A stretch of DNA of 51,758 nucleotides, from NCBI GenBank assembly GCA_913055895.1, contig CAJXLE010000002.1, positions 1 through 51,758 of the forward strand, given 5' to 3'. The notes under the pieces are model-generated. The model was not told the origin of the DNA and searched no databases. It saw only the letters and a program-made list of their open reading frames with translations. This stretch comes from an uncultured Bacteroidota bacterium (GTDB lineage Bacteria; Bacteroidota; Bacteroidia; Bacteroidales; UBA12077). Positions 29,130-37,793 of this stretch are shown piece by piece. A program made the position numbers and the translations under genes. Within the stretch, counting starts at the first letter, position 1; each line of letters opens with the position of its first letter.

Positions 29130-29137
29130 CAAAATTA
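29130..29137 (-). promoter_or_regulatory. Candidate -7 promoter box for fabG
   Basis: The minus strand reads TAATTTTG, an exact TAnnTTTG match, 26 nt upstream of the fabG ATG at 29104. Confidence 0.3.
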
Positions 29138-29242
29138 ACATCAATCGATAGATATGCCCGAATCAAGAGAAATATTCATCCGAAAGGGGGCATATCCTTC
29201 TTTTTTTTCGGGCAAATTATGTCGGGTTGTTCTTTAAACAGA

Positions 29243-30127
29243 TCATCCGGTAGCTGACTGTTTTCTCACTTCTACAAGGTTGACTTTATAAACCACCGAG
29301 GTGTAAGGCGGGACAATACCGGTTGAGGAGCCGGTCTTCCCAAAGGCAACATCCGACGGGAGTATAGCCAAGGCTTTCTCTCCCTGGCGCATACGACCAA
29401 TCACTTCTTCTATTCCTTTAATCACTTGCATTTCATGTCCGTACACAAACTCGAAAGGTTGTTTTCGCTGCTTGGTGGAATCGAAAAATTTGCCGTTGAG
29501 GAATTTGCCCTCGTAATGGACCACCACGGTGTCGCCTTCTTCCACTTTGGGTCCCTGGCCTTCTTCCAGCACAATATGATAGATGCCGGAAGGGGTGGGT
29601 TCGGCGTCAATCTTTTTTTCTTCAAGAAATTGTTGAAGCAAGACTTTCTCATACTGCCCGAAATCTTCGATCCAGTTGAGAAAGGCTTCCTTTTCACTGC
29701 GAAATTCCTCTTTGCGGTTTACTTCCTGCAAATCGACGTTCACTTTCATGCTGTCGCCAGCCTGTAGAAATCCGGGTAATGTGGTCTCCAGGGTTTTGTT
29801 GAAAAAAGGACCGGCAGGGATGATAAAGGAGGCCTTCTCACCTTTTGAGAGCATCAGGAAACAGGCATCAATAGAGCTCGGGTAGGATGGCTCGGCAACC
29901 TGGACCGTCCTTTTTCCCTCAAAGAAGGTTGAATCGTCCATGGTTTTATAAATGATGTTGGCGGTGATGTAATCCCCCGGTTTCACTTGTTTGTCGCTGT
30001 TTCCAAAGGCCTGCAGGTTGTAGTAAAATCCGTTGGGTGATTGGCTGTAGCCCGGATAGGGGCTCTGGTTGTTGCAGGAGAAGAAAAATGCCCCGGCCAG
30101 GACCAGCAGAAGAAACCATTTGTGCAT
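29243..30127 (-). CDS. FKBP-type peptidyl-prolyl cis-trans isomerase, lipoprotein
   Basis: C-terminal FKBP domain GDTVVVHYEGKFLNGKFFDSTKQRKQPFEFVYGHEMQVIKGIEEVIGRMRQGEKALAILPSDVAFG. Lipobox at MHKWFLLLVLAGAFFFSC supports the ATG at 30127. The track start at 30178 adds 17 non-signal residues. Confidence 0.8.
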   Translation of the reverse strand: MHKWFLLLVLAGAFFFSCNNQSPYPGYSQSPNGFYYNLQAFGNSDKQVKPGDYITANIIYKTMDDSTFFEGKRTVQVAEPSYPSSIDACFLMLSKGEKASFIIPAGPFFNKTLETTLPGFLQAGDSMKVNVDLQEVNRKEEFRSEKEAFLNWIEDFGQYEKVLLQQFLEEKKIDAEPTPSGIYHIVLEEGQGPKVEEGDTVVVHYEGKFLNGKFFDSTKQRKQPFEFVYGHEMQVIKGIEEVIGRMRQGEKALAILPSDVAFGKTGSSTGIVPPYTSVVYKVNLVEVRKQSATG

Positions 30128-30177
30128 AGCAGAAATTTTTCTTAAAAATAACATGAATTCAGAAAGATTGCAAACCA

Positions 30178-30759
30178 TTACCGGCGTATTTTGCGGGGGG
30201 AAGCTTTCAGCACCTGAACATCATAAACCAGGATGGCGCGGGCAGGAATGCGTTCACCATCCCCTATCAGGCCATGAGCCAGGTGGGGAGGCATGATGAT
30301 CCGCGCATGATCGCCCTCATGTAAGCGTTTCATGGCTTCATGCAAGCCCTGGGGCTCGTCTTCTTCACCAACCCTAAAAACCTTGGCGCCCGATGAATCA
30401 GACGAATAACAAAGGGTCCCGTCGAGCAGGCGGATCTCGTAGTTCATCTTAACATGCATGCCCTGTTCGATCTGCATTCCGCCTCCGGGCCTGTCTATCA
30501 TATACCACAAACCCGAACCGGTGCGCTGCATGTTCCAACCCCTTCGCTGAACAAAACTGCGGATGCGCTCCTGGTCCTTTTCCGCCAGGAACTTGTTAAC
30601 ACGCTTCAGGTTACCTTCCACACTCTTCTTTTTGTCAGCATTTTGTGGATCGGGCATTCTTGGGTTCGAATGGTAAAAAGTCAGGATCACTCCCAGCACC
30701 ACAGCCAGGGTGGTGGTGAGGATAAGCCCCCAAACAAAATGTCTTTTCTTAATCCGCAT
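30178..30759 (-). CDS. FKBP-type peptidyl-prolyl cis-trans isomerase, membrane-anchored
   Basis: FKBP-like domain MHVKMNYEIRLLDGTLCYSSDSSG...FRVGEEDEPQGLHEAMKRLHEGDHARIIMPPHLAHG. I prefer the start MRIKKRHFVWGLILTTTLAVVLG at 30759. The track ORF to 30912 would overlap nrnA by 164 nt. Confidence 0.8.
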   Translation of the reverse strand: MRIKKRHFVWGLILTTTLAVVLGVILTFYHSNPRMPDPQNADKKKSVEGNLKRVNKFLAEKDQERIRSFVQRRGWNMQRTGSGLWYMIDRPGGGMQIEQGMHVKMNYEIRLLDGTLCYSSDSSGAKVFRVGEEDEPQGLHEAMKRLHEGDHARIIMPPHLAHGLIGDGERIPARAILVYDVQVLKASPRKIRR

Positions 30760-31792
30760 GGTATAAATGGTTCTCGAGCAATTGACCTTTATATTGGGGC
30801 AGGAGCGACTCAAATTTTTCCAGGGTCTCTTCCAGGGAAAGTTCAGAATAGCCGCCTGCTGCATTTTTATGGCCACCTCCGTTGAAATGAGCCGAGGCAA
30901 AACGGTTGGCATAAAAATCGCCCTTGGAGCGGAAGGAAATCTTCACATAACCTTCCTGTTCAATGAAGATCGCCGAAAACATGACCCCGCCTATGGACAG
31001 GGGATAATTGACGAAACCCTCGGAATCGCCCGACCGGTAGTTGAACTCTTTAAGCTCCCGGCGGTTGATGCTGATGTAAGCCGCACCATACTCGGGAAAA
31101 ACCCTCAGCTTGGTATTCAGGCAATACCCCAGCAGCCGCATGCGGTCGACCGAATAATTGTCGTATACCCGCCAGTAAATCCGGTCTTTATCAATGCCTT
31201 TCTCGATGAGCCGGGATACCACGTAATAGGTGTCGGGCAGTGAAGAGTTGTAGCTAAAGGATCCCGTATCGGTCATGATGCCTGCATAAAGGCATTCGGC
31301 CATATTCCGGTCGATGGCGTCCTCTCCCTTCAGGCCCACCAGCAGCTCATATAGCAATTCGGAGGTGGAACTCACCTGGGTCGAGGAGACCATGATGTCG
31401 GCGAAAGGTTCGGGGTTGGGATGGTGGTCGATCAGGATCTTGGGTACGCCGACCTGCCTGAATGTTTCTTCAAGTTGCTGTACCCGGTCCATCACATTAA
31501 AATCCAGAAATATGATCAGCTCTGCCTGATGGATCCGCTCCACAACTTCCTGGTGCTGTTCGCTGGCCACCAGTACCCGGTCGTTGCCGGGCATCCATTG
31601 CAGAAAGCCCGGGTAGCTGTTCGGAACCACCACATCGACCTGGTGGCCCCAGGCAACCAGGAAGTGATACAACCCAAGCGAAGAGCCGATGGCATCTCCA
31701 TCAGGGTTGTAATGGGTCATGATCAGGCTTTTCTGAACATTATCCAGTTGCTTTTGTATTTGATGTATTGTGTTTGCTTCAATTCGCTTCAC
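30749..31792 (-). CDS. nrnA: DHH/DHHA1 phosphoesterase (NrnA-type oligoribonuclease / pAp phosphatase)
   Basis: Motifs HYNPDGDAIGS, ILIDHHPN, GIMTDTGSF and DHHA1 GGGHKNAAG. GTG start at 31792. Confidence 0.88.
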   Translation of the reverse strand: MKRIEANTIHQIQKQLDNVQKSLIMTHYNPDGDAIGSSLGLYHFLVAWGHQVDVVVPNSYPGFLQWMPGNDRVLVASEQHQEVVERIHQAELIIFLDFNVMDRVQQLEETFRQVGVPKILIDHHPNPEPFADIMVSSTQVSSTSELLYELLVGLKGEDAIDRNMAECLYAGIMTDTGSFSYNSSLPDTYYVVSRLIEKGIDKDRIYWRVYDNYSVDRMRLLGYCLNTKLRVFPEYGAAYISINRRELKEFNYRSGDSEGFVNYPLSIGGVMFSAIFIEQEGYVKISFRSKGDFYANRFASAHFNGGGHKNAAGGYSELSLEETLEKFESLLPQYKGQLLENHLYHAD

Positions 31793-31825
31793 AAGAGGCT
31801 TGTTTTAAAAAATGGACAAATTTAA

Positions 31826-31833
31826 TAGTTTTG
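31826..31833 (+). promoter_or_regulatory. Candidate -7 promoter box for ndk
   Basis: TAGTTTTG is an exact TAnnTTTG match, 53 nt upstream of the ndk ATG. Confidence 0.3.
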
Positions 31834-31885
31834 ACCAGAAAACCATCAATCAAAATTATATTCTAAATTAGAAAAAAAAAATTGT

Positions 31886-32299
31886 ATGGAACAAACATTT
31901 GCGCTGATCAAGCCCCGGGCCTTCACAAACCACCTGACCGGCCCCATACTCAATATGATCAATTCGTCAGGCTTTCGCATATCTGCCATCAAGGGTGTAT
32001 GGCTAAGCCAGCGCGAAGCCCGCAAGTTGTATGCAGTGCATCAGGAGAGGTCTTTTTTCAACGATCTGGTGAAATACATGACCTCAGGCCCCATCGTGGT
32101 GATGATCCTGGAAAAGGAAAATGCCATTGAAGATTTAAGGGCTCTGATGGGAAAAACCGACCCCCAAGAGGCAGAATCAGGTACCATACGGAGGCTTTAC
32201 GGGCACGACAAACAGCAAAATGCCATCCATGGATCCGACAGCCCGAAAAATGCAGAAAAGGAAAGCTCCCTGTTCTTTTCCCGACTCGAGCGCTTCTAA
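31886..32299 (+). CDS. ndk: Nucleoside-diphosphate kinase
   Basis: EQTFALIKP, YAVHQERSFF, GPIVVMILE and active-site NAIHGSDS. Confidence 0.93.
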   Translation: MEQTFALIKPRAFTNHLTGPILNMINSSGFRISAIKGVWLSQREARKLYAVHQERSFFNDLVKYMTSGPIVVMILEKENAIEDLRALMGKTDPQEAESGTIRRLYGHDKQQNAIHGSDSPKNAEKESSLFFSRLERF

Positions 32300-32344
32300 C
32301 ACCTGCCGGGAAAGGGAGCCGGCAGAAGCCGTGGACAAAAAAGA

Positions 32345-32635
32345 TTACTTTAAAACGATGTCTGTGATCACCTGCCCGCCTGCCTCCTGGTTGAGCCTGT
32401 CGATAAGCGAGTCTTTGATCATGGAAAGTTCATGGCGGGCAATGGACGAGTCAAGGTAGACAAAAAGTTTGCCGTCTTTTATATAGATGTTCCCGGTTTT
32501 TCGGGCTATAAGGGTCCCCACCACGTCTTTCCAGGAACGGACCAGGCGAACTTCCTTCAGCTTACCGTGGATGTCGAGGGCATCCAGGTACTGATCGATC
32601 ACTTCATGAAGACTTTGGGTATTCTTTTTTTTCAT
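32345..32635 (-). CDS. DUF721 domain-containing protein
   Basis: 96 aa. The start region overlaps the recF stop by 4 nt, the usual recF-DUF721 arrangement. Pattern LVRSWKDVVG ... KLFVYLDSSIARHEL. Confidence 0.75.
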   Translation of the reverse strand: MKKKNTQSLHEVIDQYLDALDIHGKLKEVRLVRSWKDVVGTLIARKTGNIYIKDGKLFVYLDSSIARHELSMIKDSLIDRLNQEAGGQVITDIVLK

Positions 32636-33750
32636 AATTCATCGCTTGGTTCTGCAAGTTTTCCACCGGCCTCCACCCTGTATATTTTGTAATCGGGCTG
32701 CCTCCCTTCCAGCAGGCTTCGCAGCCTTTGCTCACTGGTGTCGGTGATGAAGATCTGGCCGAAATGCTCGTCCGATACCAGGTGGATGATTTGATGGACG
32801 CGTTGTTGATCAAATTTATCAAAAATATCATCCAAAAGCAGAATCGGAGGCATGTTTTTCACTTTTTGTATGAAATCAAATTGGGCCAGCTTGAGAGCTA
32901 CAAGAAAGGTCTTTTGCTGACCCTGTGAGCCTGCCTTTTTTATGGGGTGCCCGTCGATTGTCAGAACAAGATCGTCTTTGTGTACGCCCATGGTGGAGTG
33001 CTGCAATACACGGTCCTTTTCCAGGGCCCGGGTAAGGCCCTGACGAAAATCCTGCTCATGGAGCTGCGACTTGTATTCCAGGCCCACATTCTCCTTTTGC
33101 TCACTGATGGCATCATAGTAGTTTTGGAAAACCGGTACCAGCTCATCGGTGAAAGCCCTGCGTTTTTGATGGATGGAGTTGCCCAGCTGAATCATCTGTT
33201 CGTCCCATATATCTATCGATTCGGTGTCGAAATATCCGGAGCGTGCAAATTCCTTTAAAAGCTTGTTGCGCTGGCTCAACGCCCTGTTGTAGCGGATCAG
33301 CTTGTCGAGGTAGTCTTTGTCAAACTGGCTGATAACACGGTCCATATACTTACGCCGTTCCTCACTCCCACCGGCGATCAGGTTGCTGTCGAGGGGTGAG
33401 ATCATCACAACCGGCAACAGGCCTATGTGTTCGGAGAGTTTTTGGTAATCTTTCTTGTTTCTTTTGATGCGTTTTTTCTTGTTCCGGTGGATGCTGCAGT
33501 AGATGGTTTCATTGCGCGCATGCCGCTCAAAATGTCCCTGCAATACGCTGAACTCTTCATTGTAGTGGATGTTCTGGCTGTCGACCGGGTTCAGGTAACT
33601 CTTACACATCGACAGGTAATAGATGGCATCCAGGATGTTGGTCTTGCCCACTCCGTTGGATCCTACCAGGCAGTTGAGCCTCGGGGAAAAATCTACCTCC
33701 AGTTCCTGATAATTCTTGTAATGTGTCAAATAAAGGGATCTGAGATGCAT
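32632..33750 (-). CDS. recF: DNA replication and repair protein RecF
   Basis: Walker A GSNGVGKTNILDAI, signature SQGQQKT, Walker B ILLLDDIFDKFD. Confidence 0.95.
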   Translation of the reverse strand: MHLRSLYLTHYKNYQELEVDFSPRLNCLVGSNGVGKTNILDAIYYLSMCKSYLNPVDSQNIHYNEEFSVLQGHFERHARNETIYCSIHRNKKKRIKRNKKDYQKLSEHIGLLPVVMISPLDSNLIAGGSEERRKYMDRVISQFDKDYLDKLIRYNRALSQRNKLLKEFARSGYFDTESIDIWDEQMIQLGNSIHQKRRAFTDELVPVFQNYYDAISEQKENVGLEYKSQLHEQDFRQGLTRALEKDRVLQHSTMGVHKDDLVLTIDGHPIKKAGSQGQQKTFLVALKLAQFDFIQKVKNMPPILLLDDIFDKFDQQRVHQIIHLVSDEHFGQIFITDTSEQRLRSLLEGRQPDYKIYRVEAGGKLAEPSDEL

Positions 33751-33899
33751 ACAAATATTTTAATCCAAAATCCAAAAGGCTGCGGATGATGTCTGCAAAA
33801 AATTGATGGCAATTTTACTGCCAAATATTTCCATATAAACGGCAAAAAAATTAGTTTTGCAGATCAAAATCCAAAAATAGACAAAAAACCACAGGAAAA

Positions 33900-34598
33900 A
33901 TGAGCAAAAAGAAAAAAGATACCCCACCCGAACAGCTGGAATCGGTAGAAAATGTACTGACCCGTACAGAACAGTTCATTGAGAACAACCAAAAGATCAT
34001 CACCTCGGTGGTTCTCGCCATTGTAGTGCTGGTAGGAGCTTACCTGCTGTTCAACCGGTATTATATGAAGCCCATGGAAGATGAAGCCAGAAGCCAGATG
34101 TTCAGGGCAGAACAGTATTTTGCCCGTGATTCCTTCCGGCTGGCCCTGAATGGAGATGGCAACTACCTGGGGTTCACCAACATCATTGAAGAGTATGGCA
34201 TCACCAAGTCGGCCAACCTGGCCCATTACTATGCCGGCATCTCTCATCTGAAGATGGGCAATTACGATCAGGCCATCGAGCATCTTGAAGAGTTTGATGT
34301 CAACGACCAGATTATAAAGCCCGAGAAATACGGGGCCATTGGTAACGCCTACCTGGAGAAGGGCAACAATGAAGAGGCCCTGGATTATTACGAAAAAGCG
34401 ATGAACACCGAGGAGAATGCCTTCACCACCCCGTTGTATATGAGCAAAGCCGCCTTTGTCTATGAACAGATGGGTCAATACCAGAAGGCCATTGAACTCT
34501 ATCGGGACATACAGCAGAAATATCCCAATTCTGCACAAAGCCAGACAGCCGGCAAGAACATAGCCCGGCTCAAGGCCATGGCCAAAGCAAACGAATAA
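33900..34598 (+). CDS. Membrane-anchored tetratricopeptide repeat protein (YfgM-like)
   Basis: N-terminal TM helix (IITSVVLAIVVLVGAYLLF) followed by TPR-like repeats (AHYYAGISHLKMGNYDQAIEHL, GNAYLEKGNNEEALDYYEKA, FVYEQMGQYQKAIELY). Lies 33 nt upstream of ribH. Confidence 0.75.
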   Translation: MSKKKKDTPPEQLESVENVLTRTEQFIENNQKIITSVVLAIVVLVGAYLLFNRYYMKPMEDEARSQMFRAEQYFARDSFRLALNGDGNYLGFTNIIEEYGITKSANLAHYYAGISHLKMGNYDQAIEHLEEFDVNDQIIKPEKYGAIGNAYLEKGNNEEALDYYEKAMNTEENAFTTPLYMSKAAFVYEQMGQYQKAIELYRDIQQKYPNSAQSQTAGKNIARLKAMAKANE

Positions 34599-34631
34599 TA
34601 CTGGTCCAACCCCTGAACAACAAAATACAAG

Positions 34632-35132
34632 ATGGCAACCCGGAACCAAAATCTATCACAGGGCTACGATGGAGAGCTGGTGGCTTCAGGATACAAATTC
34701 GGCATAGTGGTGGCCGACTGGAACCATGAAGTCACCGACAGGCTTGAGGAAGGAGCTTACCAAACCCTCCTGCAGCACCAGGCAGGTGAAAAAGACATCA
34801 CCGTCAAACGTGTTCCGGGAAGCATCGAGGTGACCCTCGGGGCCCAGTTCATGGCGGAATACCTGGATCTGGATGCCGTAATATGTCTGGGTTGTGTGAT
34901 ACAGGGAGAAACCAGGCATTTCGATTATGTCTGTGACAGCGTCACCCAGGGCATCACCCAGCTGAACATCAAGTACAACATGCCCTTCATATATGGCATA
35001 CTGACAACTGAAAACCAGCTTCAGGCCCTGGACCGGGCCGGCGGCAAGCACGGCAACAAAGGCGACGAAGCCGCCCTGGCGGCCATACGAATGGCCATGA
35101 TGAAAAAGGACCTCTCCTCCCAAGCCCCTTAA
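34632..35132 (+). CDS. ribH: 6,7-dimethyl-8-ribityllumazine synthase
   Basis: FGIVVADWNHEVT, VPGSIEV, VICLGCVIQGETRHFDYV, GILT, KGDEAA. Confidence 0.93.
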   Translation: MATRNQNLSQGYDGELVASGYKFGIVVADWNHEVTDRLEEGAYQTLLQHQAGEKDITVKRVPGSIEVTLGAQFMAEYLDLDAVICLGCVIQGETRHFDYVCDSVTQGITQLNIKYNMPFIYGILTTENQLQALDRAGGKHGNKGDEAALAAIRMAMMKKDLSSQAP

Positions 35133-35155
35133 TCATACTCATTCAGCACACCCCT

Positions 35156-35229
35156 GCCGATGTAGCTCAGGTGGTTAGAGTGGCTGTTTCGTAAACAGCA
35201 GGTCGAGGGTTCGAATCCCTCCATCGGCT
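35156..35229 (+). tRNA. tRNA-Thr (anticodon CGT)
   Basis: Hand-folded 74-nt cloverleaf. Acceptor GCCGATG/CATCGGC, D-arm GCTC-AGGTGGTTA-GAGT, anticodon stem GCTGT/ACAGC with loop TTCGTAA (anticodon CGT), T-arm GAGGG-TTCGAAT-CCCTC, discriminator T. No encoded CCA. Confidence 0.93.
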
Positions 35230-35323
35230 CTTCGTCCTTCCCCACATTTAGGCAGGAAAATTTTGAGGTATGGGCCATAATTTGTATCTTAAAGGGTAAT
35301 TAAACACAAAAAATTGCTGACAT

Positions 35324-35527
35324 ATGAGCGTACTCAAAGTCATTGAAATTTTGGCTCATTCTCCCAAGAGCTGGGAGGATGCAGCGCAGAAAGCTGTAGA
35401 TGAAGCTTCAAAAAGTGTCAAAAACATCAAATCGGTCTGGATCCAGGACCAGAGCTGCGAGGTGGAAAATGGAAAAATCACCGATTTTCGTGTTAACGCC
35501 AAGATCACATTCCTGGTGGAACATTAG
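35324..35527 (+). CDS. Dodecin family (flavin-binding) protein
   Basis: 67 aa. MSVLKVIEILAHSPKSWEDAAQKAVDEASKSVKNIKSVWIQDQSCEVENGKITDFRVNAKITFLV matches the dodecin/DUF1458 pattern (K.IE..G.S..S.EDA...A...A.KT.....) from memory. Confidence 0.75.
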   Translation: MSVLKVIEILAHSPKSWEDAAQKAVDEASKSVKNIKSVWIQDQSCEVENGKITDFRVNAKITFLVEH

Positions 35528-35550
35528 GGTTTGCAGGGTGAAAGAAAAGT

Positions 35551-35603
35551 CAGGGGGATGCATCGAACAGCCTTTTAGGTGAACAGGTGCATCCCCCTGT
35601 TTT
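35551..35603 (+). terminator. Hairpin terminator after the dodecin gene
   Basis: CAGGGGGATGCA (35551-35562) pairs perfectly with TGCATCCCCCTG (35588-35599) around a 25-nt loop, followed by TTTTG. Confidence 0.6.
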
Positions 35604-35623
35604 GTTAGCCGAGAAAAAGACCT

Positions 35624-37006
35624 ATGAACAGAAGACACACCGACCTGGGCCATGCCAACATCAACAGGTTGCTGCTGCAACTCTCCCTTCCCTCCATGCT
35701 CGCCATGTTTGCCAATGCCATCTACAACATTGTCGACACCATCTTCGTAGGACGTGGAGTGGGTCCACTGGGCATAGGTGCCGTGGCCATTGTACTGCCG
35801 ATCATGGCCATCGTTTCATCTTTTGCCCACCTGGTGGGAATTGGCACAGGAACACTGATGTCCAGAGAGCTTGGGGCAGGCAGGGGAGAAAAAGTCAACC
35901 AGATAGCCGGCAACGGCATGGGCATGATACTTCTGCTGGGCTTTTTTTTTGCGGCAATAGGCGAACTCTTCACCGATCCCATCCTGAAAGCTTTTGGAGC
36001 TACCGACGGCATCCTTCCCTATGCCAGGGATTTTGCCCGTATCATCTTCATTGGGATGATCTGGTTCCCATTCAGTGTAAGCACCAGCAATTACCTCAGG
36101 GTGGAGGGAAATGCCCGCGATGCCATGAATGCCATGCTTCTGGGCATCGGGGTGAACACCCTGCTGGATTACCTTTTCATCTTCCCGCTGGACATGGGCA
36201 TAAAAGGAGCAGGCCTGGCCACCATCCTGGGTAAATTCACCACCCTGGTGTACCTGTGGCATTATTTCGCCAGCAAAAAGAGCATCATTCAAGTGAAGCT
36301 ACATCATCTGCGTCTGAAAAAGCACATCCTCAAACCCACTTTTTCAGTGGGACTTTCAGGATTCGGCCACCGCTCCTCATCGAGCCTGGCCAATGTGGCC
36401 TTGAATCACACCCTGGGGTTTTACGGAGGGGATATGGCCATTGCCGTCTTTGGGATCATCTACAAAACAACCTTATTCCTGGGCATGCCGCTTTTTGGTA
36501 TCAACCAGGGCATGCAACCCATTGTGGGATACAATTACGGAGCTGGCAAACCGGAGAGAATCACAAGGACCATACGCCTGGGGTTCGCCTACTCCCTGGT
36601 ATACGGTGTACTGGCCATCTCCCTGTTCGAATTGTTTCCGGGCAAAATCTTTTCTCTGTTCACCGACGACACACGGCTGCTGGCAGAGGGAACCCATGCG
36701 ATGAAAATCATCCTGTCGATGATGTGGCTCCTTGGCATATCCCTAAGCACAACAGGTATTCATCAGGCCATGGGCAAATCGGGCTCCGCATTTGTCTTAT
36801 CCATCCTTCGCTGGGTGCTGCTGATTGTGCCCCTCATTTTTATACTGCCCCGCATTGGGGGTCTCGGACTGGAAGGTATCTGGCTTTCCTTTCCCATTGC
36901 CGACGCCCTGGCAGCCATCACAGCCCTGGTCATACTAAGGCGCACCCTGAAAAACTCCGGGATGATCAAAAGATTATACGGCCGGAAAGGGGAAGGTTAC
37001 AGCTGA
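35624..37006 (+). CDS. MATE family efflux transporter
   Basis: 460 aa with about 12 TM helices. The N-terminal LLLQLSLPSMLAMFANAIYNIVDTIFVGRGVG is typical of MATE/NorM proteins. Confidence 0.9.
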   Translation: MNRRHTDLGHANINRLLLQLSLPSMLAMFANAIYNIVDTIFVGRGVGPLGIGAVAIVLPIMAIVSSFAHLVGIGTGTLMSRELGAGRGEKVNQIAGNGMGMILLLGFFFAAIGELFTDPILKAFGATDGILPYARDFARIIFIGMIWFPFSVSTSNYLRVEGNARDAMNAMLLGIGVNTLLDYLFIFPLDMGIKGAGLATILGKFTTLVYLWHYFASKKSIIQVKLHHLRLKKHILKPTFSVGLSGFGHRSSSSLANVALNHTLGFYGGDMAIAVFGIIYKTTLFLGMPLFGINQGMQPIVGYNYGAGKPERITRTIRLGFAYSLVYGVLAISLFELFPGKIFSLFTDDTRLLAEGTHAMKIILSMMWLLGISLSTTGIHQAMGKSGSAFVLSILRWVLLIVPLIFILPRIGGLGLEGIWLSFPIADALAAITALVILRRTLKNSGMIKRLYGRKGEGYS

Positions 37007-37042
37007 AAGAAAAAAGCTTACAGGTTAAAGGTTGGTGATAGG

Positions 37043-37675
37043 TTAGAGCTGAAAACGAATGCGCAGAATGGGGTTGTTGTTGTATATCATGCTGGCCTGG
37101 TCGTTCAGGTTGTAGAGCAATAAAAAACTCACATAGGCCCGCTGGCCGATTTTCTGGCGCAAACCACCCCCTACAAAGTAATTGTGCATCCAGGCGCGGG
37201 AGCCCGAGGAGCCATCATCAAACCAACCCGGCACATTGAGCGCTTCGTACTCCAGGTGGGTCAGCAACTTGCCGTTGAAATCAAAAGGCAGTATCTTGTT
37301 CATATTTTCAATGGCCACAAAACTGGTAAATACACTCCCTCCGAAAACATGGCTGCTCGACCTGTTCAGGGTCCCCTCGTTATCGGTTACAAAAAAGCCG
37401 GCATTGGAGCGGTTGTTAAAATACATATACTTCAATCCAACACCTGCATCCCAACGTTTGGAGATGCGATATCCAGCCTGGGGTGCTATTTCCACACTTG
37501 TACTGAACGAACCAAATGTAGCCCACAGGTAACCGCCAAAATAAAAACGGTCGAGGGTGTCTTCCCGGGACTCCTGCTTTTTATCCTGATAGTCGTTTTC
37601 TGAATACCTCACCTGACCATCAGCAACCTGCAAACCGGTAAAAAACAGCAATACAATGACAATGTGTTTGAGCAT
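37043..37675 (-). CDS. Hypothetical outer-membrane beta-barrel-like protein
   Basis: Signal peptide from the ATG at 37675 (MLKHIVIVLLFFTGLQVADGQ). Alternating aromatic/hydrophobic strands and Gly/Asn/Ser-rich loops. No family recognised. The track start at 37711 adds 12 residues. Confidence 0.45.
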   Translation of the reverse strand: MLKHIVIVLLFFTGLQVADGQVRYSENDYQDKKQESREDTLDRFYFGGYLWATFGSFSTSVEIAPQAGYRISKRWDAGVGLKYMYFNNRSNAGFFVTDNEGTLNRSSSHVFGGSVFTSFVAIENMNKILPFDFNGKLLTHLEYEALNVPGWFDDGSSGSRAWMHNYFVGGGLRQKIGQRAYVSFLLLYNLNDQASMIYNNNPILRIRFQL

Positions 37676-37738
37676 ATCGAAGTAGCTTTGGTGGTATACA
37701 AATTTAGACAATCATTGTTTGCAAAGCGACCCTTGAGT

Positions 37739-37770
37739 AAAAAAAAAGGATGCCCCGAAACAGGACATCC
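37739..37770 (-). terminator. Rho-independent terminator after buk (minus-strand specific)
   Basis: The minus strand reads GGATGTCC, loop TGTTTCG, GGGCATCC, then T9. One stem position is a G-U pair on the minus-strand RNA but a C-A mismatch on the plus strand. Confidence 0.75.
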
Positions 37771-37793
37771 CCGTGTCAGGACATAAAAAAAGG

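Noticed and set aside
30760-30912. 51-codon N-terminal extension of the second FKBP ORF. Similar extensions occur at 1152-1190, 25884-25922, 30128-30178, 37676-37711, 48754-48795 and 51192-51230.
   Set aside because: The extensions overlap upstream genes or precede obvious signal peptides or lipoboxes, and the conserved N-termini start at the internal ATGs. They reflect the longest-ORF rule, not extra domains.
35156-35229. tRNA-Thr as a possible integration site for a genomic island (dodecin, MATE and OMP genes downstream).
   Set aside because: There is no integrase or recombinase, I found no direct repeat of the tRNA 3' end downstream, and the downstream genes share the codon bias of the rest of the window.
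35587-37038. Two same-strand alternative-frame ORFs (215 aa and 260 aa) inside the MATE transporter gene.
   Set aside because: The translations are Arg/His/Pro/Cys-rich strings typical of an out-of-frame reading of a hydrophobic membrane protein gene. The MATE frame gives a complete 12-TM protein with the family N-terminal motif.
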